The notes under the pieces: generated by a model | What the model saw: the letters and a program-made list of their open reading frames with translations, nothing else | The model's database searches: none | What the model was told of the DNA's origin: nothing | Shown: positions 9,768 to 18,292 of the stretch, piece after piece | Numbering within the stretch: position 1 is the first letter of the stretch | How the letters are laid out: every line of letters starts with the position of its first letter | Position numbers and translations under genes: made by a program | Source: Pseudomonadota bacterium | Lineage (GTDB): Bacteria > Bdellovibrionota_B > Oligoflexia > Oligoflexales > CAIYRB01 | DNA length: 30,046 nt | Direction: 5' to 3' | NCBI GenBank assembly: GCA_031416315.1 | Contig: JANOTL010000222.1 | Location: 1-30,046, forward strand

Positions 9768-10230
9768 GGGTGCGCTCGTATTTTGCGAGGATGGCGTCGA
9801 CCTTGTCTTCGGTGACCCGCTCGTGGCGGTCTTTGTTCACGAGCAGGACCGGCGCGCCGTCGCACTTGCCCAGGCACGGGAACTTCTCCAGCTGGAAGGG
9901 GCAGCTCTCGCCCATGGCGTCGATCTTCGCCTCGATCTTCCTGATCGCCTCCGGCGCGCCGAGCATGTGGCAGGTGAACTGGTGGCAGAAGCGCAGCACG
10001 TACTTCTTCGTCGGCTCGTCGTGGTAGATGTCGTAGAAGGTGATCACTTCTTTGACGTGCACGCGGTCCAAGGCGAACTTCGTGTGCAGCTCCTCGATCG
10101 CTTCGGGGCTGATCCAGCCCGACTCGTCCTGGATGGCGTGCAAGACCGGCAGGATCGCCGAGCGCTTGGTCTCGTAACGGGTCAGGTAGCCTTCGATGGT
10201 CTTGACGAGACCAGCGGAAAATACGCTCAT
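9760..10230 (-). CDS. nuoE: NADH-quinone oxidoreductase subunit E
   Basis: Start ATG 10230 overlaps the nuoCD stop (ATGA); SAILPVLH, VITFY, and the 2Fe-2S motif CHQFTC...CLGKC. Confidence 0.93.
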
Positions 10231-11918
10231 CGGTCGAGCTCTCCGGCGATGATGTTGATGCTCCCCAACGCGGCGATCGCGTCGGCCAGCATCTGCCCCT
10301 CGAGCATCTCGGGGAAGGCTTGGAAGACCGCGAAGCACGGCGGCCGGCATTTGACGCGATACGGGCGGCCGGTGCCGTCGGAGACGACGTAGAAGCCGAG
10401 CTCGCCGTTGCCGCCCTCGTGGGCGCAGTAGATCTCGCCCGGAGGCGGCTTTACGCCGTAGATCACCATCATGAACTGGTTCATCAGGCCTTCGATGTTG
10501 CCGTACACGTCCTCTTTCTCGGGGAGCGAGATAGTCGGATCGTCGACCTTGATCGGGCCTTCGGGGATATTCTTCAAGACCTGGCGGATGATCTTCACCG
10601 ACTGGCGGATCTCCTCCATGCGCACCATGTAGCGGTCGTAGCTGTCGCCGCGCTCGCCGACGGGCACGTCCCACTCGACCTTGTCGTAGAAGTAGTACGG
10701 GTCCCAGACACGCGTGTCGACCGCGGCCCCGGCGGCGCGCAGGCAAGGGCCGGTGAAGCCCCAGTTGATCGCGTTCTCTTTCGAGATGCCGGCGGCGTTG
10801 ACCATGCGGCGCACGAAGATGCGGTTCTTCGTCAGCAGGAGGTCGAGCTCGTAGTGCGACTTCTCGATCGTGGTCAAAGCTTCCTCGACGAGCTTAACCC
10901 AGCCTTTGGGGATGTCGAAACCCATGCCGCCGACGCGCATCATCGAGACGGTGAGGCGCGCGCCGCAGAGCTTCTCGAAGCAGTCGTAGACCTTCTCGCG
11001 AGCCGAGAAGCCGAGCCAGAAGTTGGTGAGCGCGCCCAGGTCGACGGCGTTGGTCGAGGTGCAGACGAGGTGGTCGATGATGCGCGACAGCTCGTCGATG
11101 ATCATCCGCATCGCCTGCGCGCGCGGCGGCGCCTCGATGCCGATCATCTTCTCGATCGTGCGGCACCAGGCGGAGTTGTTGATCGGCGCGGAGCAGTAGT
11201 TCAGGCGGTCGGTGTACGGGATGATCTGGTTGTAGTCGTGCGTCTCGCACATCTTCTCGAAGCAGCGGTGCAGGTAGCCGATCTCGACGTCGACCTTCTC
11301 GATCGTCTCGCCCGACATCACCGCCATGAAGCGCAAGGTGCCGTGCGTCGCCGGGTGGGCCGGGCCGATGTTCAGCCAGACGCGGTCGGAGAGGTGGTCC
11401 TCTTCCTCCGCGAGCATGCGCGCGCGATCCTTCGCGAAGACGTGATCGATCGGCGTCGTCAGGGACTGGTTTCGATCCGCGGGATAGTCCTTGCGCAGCG
11501 GATGGCCGACGAAGTCCTCGTGGCACAGGATGCGGCGCAGGTTCGGGTGGCCGTCGAACCGGACGCCGAACATGTCGAAGGCCTCGCGCTCGAACCAATT
11601 TGCCGCCTTGTAGACGGAGGTCAGCGAGGGCAGGGAGCCGCCGTCGGGAAGGCGCGTCTTCAGCCGGAGGCGCGTCTTCTCGTCGGTGTTGGCGAGGTGA
11701 TACACGACGTCGAAGCGCTCGTGGCGCTCCGGATAGTCGACGCCGCACACGTCCATCAGGAACGGGTACGATTTCTGCAGCTCGCGCGCGACCTCGAGCA
11801 CTGAGCCGGAGCGGAGCTCGAGCGTGTCCTCGTCCTTGTGCCGCGGGTTTGGGACGTACTTGAGCTCGGCGCCCGGGAATTTGTCGGCAAGCTTTTTGGC
11901 TAGCGCTTCAACAGTCAT
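10227..11918 (-). CDS. nuoCD: Fused NADH-quinone oxidoreductase subunit C/D
   Basis: NuoC motifs WFEREAFDMFG and GHPLRKDYP fused to NuoD motifs NIGPAHPATHGTLR, GYLHR, DRLNY and the terminal GELDR. Start reset to ATG 11918 (MTVEALAKK). Confidence 0.95.
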   Translation of the reverse strand: MTVEALAKKLADKFPGAELKYVPNPRHKDEDTLELRSGSVLEVARELQKSYPFLMDVCGVDYPERHERFDVVYHLANTDEKTRLRLKTRLPDGGSLPSLTSVYKAANWFEREAFDMFGVRFDGHPNLRRILCHEDFVGHPLRKDYPADRNQSLTTPIDHVFAKDRARMLAEEEDHLSDRVWLNIGPAHPATHGTLRFMAVMSGETIEKVDVEIGYLHRCFEKMCETHDYNQIIPYTDRLNYCSAPINNSAWCRTIEKMIGIEAPPRAQAMRMIIDELSRIIDHLVCTSTNAVDLGALTNFWLGFSAREKVYDCFEKLCGARLTVSMMRVGGMGFDIPKGWVKLVEEALTTIEKSHYELDLLLTKNRIFVRRMVNAAGISKENAINWGFTGPCLRAAGAAVDTRVWDPYYFYDKVEWDVPVGERGDSYDRYMVRMEEIRQSVKIIRQVLKNIPEGPIKVDDPTISLPEKEDVYGNIEGLMNQFMMVIYGVKPPPGEIYCAHEGGNGELGFYVVSDGTGRPYRVKCRPPCFAVFQAFPEMLEGQMLADAIAALGSINIIAGELDR

Positions 11919-12010
11919 TGGTGCCCCGCGCGGGGAGGGTCCGGAGCTGGTCCGAGTGCCGCCAATCCGCGTGATAGTCGAATCATATTCATCACTTCGC
12001 GCCAGGGCCC

Positions 12011-12039
12011 AAGGTATCACCGGCTCAGAGGGTCGACAA
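12011..12039 (-). promoter_or_regulatory. sigma70-type promoter for the nuoCD operon
   Basis: Minus strand reads TTGTCG-N17-TACCTT with a TG extended -10, about 90 nt upstream of the nuoCD start. Confidence 0.5.
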
Positions 12040-12051
12040 GCGCCAAAATGG

Positions 12052-13182
12052 TTACGGATCTCCTGTGATGGCGACGTCGTCGGTCGTTCCGAATTGGCCG
12101 TCAGGCCCGCCGGAGACGAGACGCAGCTTCTTGCCGGTCGCGTCGCGCTCGAAGACGTAGGCGTTGCCCCAACCGTCGAGGACGCTTTCCCGAACGGGGT
12201 CGCCCGCGGTCAAGGGGATGGCGGCCCAGTCGAAGGTGTTCGGATCGGCGACGGGCAGGCTTTGGAGCGCGCGGTGTAGGAAGCGTCCGCGCTCCACCGT
12301 CAAGTCGAGGGTCACGTGGTCCACCAGTGGGATGCTGATCTGACTCAGGCACTCGGGAGACATCGTGGCCAGCCTGAGGACGAGCGGCTTCATCTCCGCC
12401 TCCTGGACCTTGCGAGCGGCGAGGTCCGCTTCCCCGATCGCGATCGATCGGTCGATTCCCTCACGCCAGGCCTTCTCGCTCATACGCTTGATCGAGAGGC
12501 GGTAGCTGATCTGGGCCGCGGCGCAAGCCTCGGTGGAGCAGCGCTTGCGCTCGATCAAGCGAAGCAAGCGCGTTTGGTACGAGGGCCGGTTCAGGTCCTC
12601 ATAGAGTCCCGCGAGGGTGCTGACCGAAACGCCGTAGCGCGCGAGCTCGCCGAAACCAAGCTTGGCTCGGAGGGCCTGGTACGCCTTTTTGGGGCATGCA
12701 GCCGCCTCCATGTCGAGCGAGAACCGTCCCGACGTCCGCGCGAGCGAGAACGGCAGGTCGGCGGTCACGGCTTCGCGCTCCGCTTTCGAGAGACCGGCTT
12801 CGAAAGCGGCGACCTGCGCCTCGCTCGCGGCGGCGAGCGCCGCGGCCCTGGTCAAGACGTCCCGGTCCCGGGCAGAGAGCCGACGTGCCATCGTCGACCC
12901 AGAGTGCGCGGGATCGGCGAGCGCGGCCTCGAAAAACCCGAGAATGGTGGCCGCCTCGAGCTTCGCGGCTGCGTCCGTCGCCTGCTCGTATCGCACGATC
13001 GCTTCTTTGAGGGTCCGACTCGTCTCTTTGTCGAGCTCCTCGGCGAGACCGCGCATCTCCTCCACGACGGATTGCATCTCTCTCGTGACGTCGCTCGGCG
13101 CAGCCGAGTCTTCGGCGTGCGACGCGGAGCCGATCAGCGCGCAAGCCACGAAGGCGATGGCCGATAAAGTCCATGGACGCAA
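12052..13182 (-). CDS. Secreted protein with a C-terminal GspG (T2SS pseudopilin)-like domain
   Basis: Sec-type signal (MRPWTLSAIAFVACALIGSASHA), helical body, C-terminal DGWGNAYVF...LVSGGPDGQFGTTDDV matching the GspG DPWG..Y...S.G.DG..GT.DD pattern. TTG start is uncertain. Confidence 0.7.
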   Translation of the reverse strand: MRPWTLSAIAFVACALIGSASHAEDSAAPSDVTREMQSVVEEMRGLAEELDKETSRTLKEAIVRYEQATDAAAKLEAATILGFFEAALADPAHSGSTMARRLSARDRDVLTRAAALAAASEAQVAAFEAGLSKAEREAVTADLPFSLARTSGRFSLDMEAAACPKKAYQALRAKLGFGELARYGVSVSTLAGLYEDLNRPSYQTRLLRLIERKRCSTEACAAAQISYRLSIKRMSEKAWREGIDRSIAIGEADLAARKVQEAEMKPLVLRLATMSPECLSQISIPLVDHVTLDLTVERGRFLHRALQSLPVADPNTFDWAAIPLTAGDPVRESVLDGWGNAYVFERDATGKKLRLVSGGPDGQFGTTDDVAITGDP

Positions 13183-13221
13183 GGGCGGCTCCTCGATGGC
13201 AGTGGCGATGTCGATTCCAGC

Positions 13222-14202
13222 TTAATCTAGCTCCGGAACCTTCGCCCCGCGAAACGGCCCCCGCGTCGGGGCCAGGCCGAGCCAAGCCTCGAGCGTCGGC
13301 CGCACGTCGAGGTGCGAGTAGACCGAGCGCCGCGCGGCCTTCGCGCCATCAGGAGGCGGCGAGCCGCGCCCGGCGGGATCACAGCTGCCATACATCCAGA
13401 TCCACGCCGCGTACGGGTCGCCCTGGCCGTGGTGCGTCCAGCGCTCCCCGACGCCGCGACCGTGATCGGTCGTGACGAGAAGGCAGGTGCGGCCGCCGTC
13501 TGAGGCTTCCCGCGCGGCGATCCGGGCGACGAGGACTTGAAGAAAGGCGTCGGCCGCGCGCAACGATTGGAGATGCTCCTCCATACGCCCTGCGTGCGCC
13601 CATTCGTCCGGATCGTTGAGGGCGACGTAGAAGAAGCGCGGCGCGGCCCGGTCCCAATACGCCAAGGCCATCGCCGTCGTGTATCTGTCCCAGCGCGCGG
13701 CGCCCCACGGCGGCCGATCGGCGGCCTGCGCCTCGGCGATGCGGTCGAGCACGGGGTCGCGAAAAGGCAAGGGGACGATGCCGGCATTGGTGAGACTCGT
13801 CCCCGGAATGCGCTCGGTCGCGAGCGCGACCCTCTCCCAAGAGGCGAAGATGGCGACGTCCTCCTTTGCGAAACCTTCATCGCTCACCAGCCGCTCAGGT
13901 AGGGTCCCATCCCGCTGGATCCGTCCGCAGTCGTTGCTCGAGCAGGGCTGCGTCCGTCCCGCCAGGATACTTTGATAAGCGGGCAGGCTGACCAGCTGTG
14001 GATTGCCGACGAGTACCGAAGGCGTCGTATCAGGCAAGCCGAGGAGGCGGCCACGAGGCACGAGATCGCGGAAGAAAAAGGGCATCACGCCTTCGGTCAT
14101 GAGCTCCTCGCGACGGACTCCGTCAAGGGTGACGAGCACGACGCGCGTCGCCGCTTCGGCCGACGGGACCGCGAGCAAGGCGAGGCAGAACAGCATTCTC
14201 AT
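13222..14202 (-). CDS. Exported alkaline phosphatase superfamily protein (phosphatase/phosphodiesterase/sulfatase-like)
   Basis: Signal peptide; VVLVTLDGVR, VSLPAY (Ser nucleophile), DEWAH, TTDHGRG, HHG, DVRPT. Confidence 0.85.
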   Translation of the reverse strand: MRMLFCLALLAVPSAEAATRVVLVTLDGVRREELMTEGVMPFFFRDLVPRGRLLGLPDTTPSVLVGNPQLVSLPAYQSILAGRTQPCSSNDCGRIQRDGTLPERLVSDEGFAKEDVAIFASWERVALATERIPGTSLTNAGIVPLPFRDPVLDRIAEAQAADRPPWGAARWDRYTTAMALAYWDRAAPRFFYVALNDPDEWAHAGRMEEHLQSLRAADAFLQVLVARIAAREASDGGRTCLLVTTDHGRGVGERWTHHGQGDPYAAWIWMYGSCDPAGRGSPPPDGAKAARRSVYSHLDVRPTLEAWLGLAPTRGPFRGAKVPELD

Positions 14203-15521
14203 GGAGCGGCCAATTCCTTGTGCTGCGCTTCGAGTTCCTTATAGAAGTGAGCCCCGCGCGCGCGCGCCGTGTCGAGATAGGGCGGCAGGGGCGCCGGATA
14301 CAGCCAGTAGCAGTTTCCGCTTCCCCCATAGAAATAGTACGCGCGTGCACAATCAGTGCCACGCGTCTTGAGGTCCTTCATCATGCCGTACGATGCGGCG
14401 TAGTTCCAATTGTCGGCATGGCTCACGAACGCGGCGCCTAGGATCAAGGTCGCGAGCGTGACGACCACCGCCGGCTTCTCGGGCCGCCAACGAGCCAGGG
14501 CGAGGAGCATGGCGGGAAGGAGCAGAAGGCCGACGACGGCATAGCGACCGGCCTTCGCCTGCTCCGGCCCGTTCATCGAGCGCCCGTAGGCGATCGCGAA
14601 GTACATGGCGAGAACCCCGCCGCAAATGGCGAAGAGGAAGTACGCGCCTTGATCGCCGCGCCGCGCCTCGCGCCGCAGGAACAAGGCGACGAACGGAAAG
14701 AGCGCCGCCGCGAGCCAAGTGCGCCCGATGCGCGGCGACCACTGCTCCACGCCAAAGCCGTGGGACACGAGATTGAAGAGGAAGTCGCGGAAGGCGCGGC
14801 TCGTGAGCGCGGCGCGCGGCGCCACGGCGCCCGGCTCCAGCCCGACGAAGTAGAGCGCGAAGCCGACCGCGATCGGAAGGATCGTCAGGATGCCCGCGCG
14901 CGTCTCGCCGCGCACGATCTTGAACACCGCGAACACGGCGCAGACCGCGATCGCGGCGACTAAATCCGCGGCGAGCGAGTAGACGCCGAGCGTCAAGAGC
15001 CCGGCGCCGAGCGCAAGCTGCCACGGCCTTTGCCGCGGCGCGAACAGGAAGGCCGTCCCGATGAGGAAATTCAGCAAGGCGAAGTGGAACGAGGTCTGGT
15101 ACGCCCAGGCGAGATTCTCGGCATGGCGGGCGCAGAAGAAGAACACGAGCGCGAAGACGACGAAGCCTAGGTAGCGCGCCTCGACCAAGCGCCACGCCAT
15201 CACCAGCCAAAACACCGCGATCCCGCAGTAGAGCCCGAAGCCGATCAAGGCGTTTTGCCGGACGCTCCAGCCGTTCCAGAGGTAGAGCGCGTAGGTCAAA
15301 GCGCGCGTGGGCACGATGCGATGCTCGTTGTGCTGCGACACGAGCCACTTCAAGGCCGAGAGGTCGAGGGCCTCCGGCAAAGGCTCGTGCGCGTACGCTT
15401 CCCATTCGTCCATGAACGGCATGTCGACCGCGGCGCTATTAACCGCGGCCGCGTTGAAGAGCACCGCGACTGCCAGCACGACGGCGGCAGCATACCGGAA
15501 AAGCTGTAGAAATCGGTCCAT
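14199..15521 (-). CDS. Polytopic membrane protein, GT-C-type glycosyltransferase-like
   Basis: About 11-12 hydrophobic segments; first loop PFMDEW...QHNEHRI; late GR...RY motif. Stop overlaps the next start (ATGA). Confidence 0.6.
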   Translation of the reverse strand: MDRFLQLFRYAAAVVLAVAVLFNAAAVNSAAVDMPFMDEWEAYAHEPLPEALDLSALKWLVSQHNEHRIVPTRALTYALYLWNGWSVRQNALIGFGLYCGIAVFWLVMAWRLVEARYLGFVVFALVFFFCARHAENLAWAYQTSFHFALLNFLIGTAFLFAPRQRPWQLALGAGLLTLGVYSLAADLVAAIAVCAVFAVFKIVRGETRAGILTILPIAVGFALYFVGLEPGAVAPRAALTSRAFRDFLFNLVSHGFGVEQWSPRIGRTWLAAALFPFVALFLRREARRGDQGAYFLFAICGGVLAMYFAIAYGRSMNGPEQAKAGRYAVVGLLLLPAMLLALARWRPEKPAVVVTLATLILGAAFVSHADNWNYAASYGMMKDLKTRGTDCARAYYFYGGSGNCYWLYPAPLPPYLDTARARGAHFYKELEAQHKELAAP

Positions 15522-15551
15522 CGCAGCGCGAGGCTAGCACGCCGCCGCGGT

Positions 15552-16817
15552 CTAGGCGACGGCCAACGCAGAGTTGATCACGAGCTCGCCCGGGAGCGCG
15601 CTTCCGGCGCTTGCGACCCGCTCGGTGGTGATGATCCGGTCCTTTTGTCCCTCGCGCTCGCGCAGGACTTTGCCCCGCGATTGCAGCCGCCGCGCCTCGC
15701 CCAAGACGGGTCCGATGGCCATGAGCTTCTGGCGCCCTTCGACGCCGGTCAAGCCCACCAACGAGTGGCCGCTGGCGATCCCGATGTCGATGGAGACGAC
15801 GCCGCCCCCCTTCAAGACGAGGCTCTTCTTCTCGACGATCAAATCGCGCGCGAAGGTCACCGCCGCGACCGTCGCCGCCTTCTCTTCCGCCTCGTCGTCG
15901 AAAAGAAAGTAGACGAGGAGCTCGTCGGCGATCCAGTCGCTCGCGAAGCGCACCTTGCCTGCGTTTTGCCCGAGCAGCCGATGGCAGATCTCGTAGTAGC
16001 GGCCGAGGAGGTCGGTGATCTCCGGCGGCGTCAGCGAACGGGTCATCGATTGATAGCCGCGCCAGTCGCTCGCCAGGCAGACGACGCCCGTGAGGCGCGG
16101 CCTGAGCGACTCGCCGACCCGCGAGTGGTCGAGCTCGTTCTCGACGCGGAGGACGTCGCGAGGCAAGAGGTCCAGGCTGCGCAACGTTTCGCGCGTGACG
16201 TTGAAGGTCACCATGGCCAACGTGATGCGGCTGACGATGAGGGCCCCGAGCATCGCGCCGGAGACGATCACCAGGTACTTGTCGAAGAGGCCTACCGGCG
16301 ACCTGAAGCTCAGATGCATGGAGGTGAGCATCATGGCGCCAGCGATGAAGGCATAGCGAGTGGGACCGATGACGATCAGGCAGAGCAAGAAGCTGTTCAA
16401 GAGCAAAATCGACGTCGACGCGCCCAAAGTTCCCGGCTGCCCGGAGACCGCGACGAGATGCACGAAATACGGGGAGGCGCACCCGATGCACGTCACCCAG
16501 ACATTCGAGAACCCGCGCGCGACGCGGACGTTCCATTGCCGGAGCAGGAAAAAGAGCCCGATCCCGATCAGGCTCACCGCGCGAACGATCGTCATGTTCA
16601 CATGGACGTCGCCGCGCACGGCCAGTGGCGCCAGGCAAAGCAGCACGACGTTCATGATCGCCAAGCCGACCATGACCAACACGGACATCGAATCGAAGTG
16701 ATCCTGCATGGTCCTATGCCGCAGCTGATGAAACAGTCGGTCCTTCTCACGCCTCCCGTCCGTCCCGCGCATGCGCAGGAACCAGCTGGCCGCCTCCTTG
16801 ATTTGGCGCGAGATCAT
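15552..16817 (-). CDS. 6TM membrane protein with a class III nucleotide cyclase-like domain (cyclase A)
   Basis: CLASDWRGY, DWIADE, IGIASG..LVGLTG, IGPVLGEARRLQ. Start reset to ATG 16817 (ATGA overlap with the upstream gene). Confidence 0.8.
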   Translation of the reverse strand: MISRQIKEAASWFLRMRGTDGRREKDRLFHQLRHRTMQDHFDSMSVLVMVGLAIMNVVLLCLAPLAVRGDVHVNMTIVRAVSLIGIGLFFLLRQWNVRVARGFSNVWVTCIGCASPYFVHLVAVSGQPGTLGASTSILLLNSFLLCLIVIGPTRYAFIAGAMMLTSMHLSFRSPVGLFDKYLVIVSGAMLGALIVSRITLAMVTFNVTRETLRSLDLLPRDVLRVENELDHSRVGESLRPRLTGVVCLASDWRGYQSMTRSLTPPEITDLLGRYYEICHRLLGQNAGKVRFASDWIADELLVYFLFDDEAEEKAATVAAVTFARDLIVEKKSLVLKGGGVVSIDIGIASGHSLVGLTGVEGRQKLMAIGPVLGEARRLQSRGKVLREREGQKDRIITTERVASAGSALPGELVINSALAVA

Positions 16818-18115
16818 GCGACGTCCGCTCCCGACTGGAGGGGAGACGTCGCCCAGTTGATGCGGCCTTCGTAGCAACAGACCTCGGAGAGCTCCAGATC
16901 CTTCACCCGCGCCCCGGGATCGAGCGTCGTGCGCGAAAACCCCGCCGCCGGGGAGCCGACGTGGGCATCCGCAGGATCGACCACCAGGCGATCGCGCAGG
17001 CCGCGCGACCTCCCGAGCTCGCGCGCGATCTGCCTGAGCCGCGCGGCACGCCCCGGCATCTCGCCCAAGCCGGTCGTCTTGCGGTAGGCCTCCGGCCCGA
17101 CCAAGCCGACCCAAGCCTCGCCGCGGCTGATGCCGACGGCGAGCGAGGCCGCGGCGAAAGGCGGGCGGCGGCGGCGGCGCGCCTCGAACAAGAGCTCGAC
17201 GAAGCTCAGCGCTCGCGCCCAAGTCTGATCGAGAGTGGCCTCCGGGGTCTCGTAGGCGACGACGAAGACCTCGTCGACGGTCGCGTCCAGGTAGAACGCG
17301 TCCGTCCGCAGGGCGCCGCGCAAGAGCTCGGTGCAAAACTTGTAGTAGAGACGAAGCTCCGCTTCGACCACGTACGGCGGCAAAAACGCCGCGAGCATCT
17401 CGTAGTCGACCCAACCGAGCGAGATGCAGACGCAACGCCTTGACCGCGGAGTGCACAGCTCTTCGAAGGGACGACCGCTCAAGGTCGCCTCGCGTACTAG
17501 ATGCGGCGGCGCGATCTTGGTCAAACGGCGGTAATTCGTCATCGCCCCCGACAGCAGGATCCGCATGACGCTATGGCCGATCAAGAGCCCGACCGCCGTC
17601 GCGGAGATGAGAGCGAGGAACCAGCTGCCGAAGCTGGGCATCGACCCCACGGCTGCGGCCGCGAGCGCGAACGTCGTGACGAGCGTCGCCGCGAGCCAGC
17701 GGCCGAGGAAGGGCATGAAGACGAAATGCATGGCGACGATGAGGATGTGGGCGGCGCCCGCCTCGGGGAGGAGCATTTTTTCCGTCGCGACCGAGAGGTG
17801 CAGGACCCAGGAGTAGGACGCGACATTGACCCAAAGCACGCTGACGCCGGCGAGGCGATAGAGCGGCAACGACCGCTCGCGCAAGAATAGTGTGGCCGCG
17901 ACGGCGAGCGCGACGACCACGTGCGCGGGAATGAGGTAGGCCGCGATCGCCTCGGTCGCGACGAGCCATTCGACCGGCAGCGCCAAGATATGGAACACGA
18001 GCGATCCGACCAGGCCGAGGGTCAGCATCGCATCGCGCGTGCGTTGGGCGACCGCGGAGGCAAAGGCGTGATCCTCCACCGGCCAGCGCTCGGTGAAAAT
18101 CGGCGCGTGCGCCAT
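16814..18115 (-). CDS. 6TM membrane protein with a degenerate class III nucleotide cyclase-like domain (cyclase B)
   Basis: CISLGWVDY, DATVDE, VGISRG..WVGLVG, TGLGEMPGRAARL, C-terminal VKDL. Start uncertain (ATG 18115 or GTG 18163). Confidence 0.75.
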   Translation of the reverse strand: MAHAPIFTERWPVEDHAFASAVAQRTRDAMLTLGLVGSLVFHILALPVEWLVATEAIAAYLIPAHVVVALAVAATLFLRERSLPLYRLAGVSVLWVNVASYSWVLHLSVATEKMLLPEAGAAHILIVAMHFVFMPFLGRWLAATLVTTFALAAAAVGSMPSFGSWFLALISATAVGLLIGHSVMRILLSGAMTNYRRLTKIAPPHLVREATLSGRPFEELCTPRSRRCVCISLGWVDYEMLAAFLPPYVVEAELRLYYKFCTELLRGALRTDAFYLDATVDEVFVVAYETPEATLDQTWARALSFVELLFEARRRRRPPFAAASLAVGISRGEAWVGLVGPEAYRKTTGLGEMPGRAARLRQIARELGRSRGLRDRLVVDPADAHVGSPAAGFSRTTLDPGARVKDLELSEVCCYEGRINWATSPLQSGADVA

Positions 18116-18211
18116 CGCCCCCTGCCAAGCGGAGGCCAGCTTCGATTTTACGTTCCAACTCACATCTGAGGTTTCGGCCCAGACCCCCCTTTTCTGAGCC
18201 GCTGGGATCGC

Positions 18212-18240
18212 TGGATTTGCAGGGATCCTTGCTCCATAAT
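18212..18240 (+). promoter_or_regulatory. Possible sigma70 promoter for aspS
   Basis: TGGATT-N17-CATAAT, 52 nt upstream of ATG 18293. Confidence 0.35.
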
Positions 18241-18292
18241 GAAAAGTCCGGGCCAAGCCCTTTGTTCCCGCCCGCTTGAGGATCTGGTACCC

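Noticed and set aside
10231..10746. N-terminal extensions in the ORF track (nuoE here; likewise the protease to 2818, cyclase A to 17456, cyclase B to 18301)
   Set aside because: They overlap neighbouring genes in other frames, and better starts with ATGA coupling, RBS or signal peptides lie downstream.
15552..18115. Pycsar anti-phage system
   Set aside because: The cyclases carry 6TM anchors, there is no adjacent cyclic-nucleotide-binding TIR/TM effector, and there is no defence-island context.
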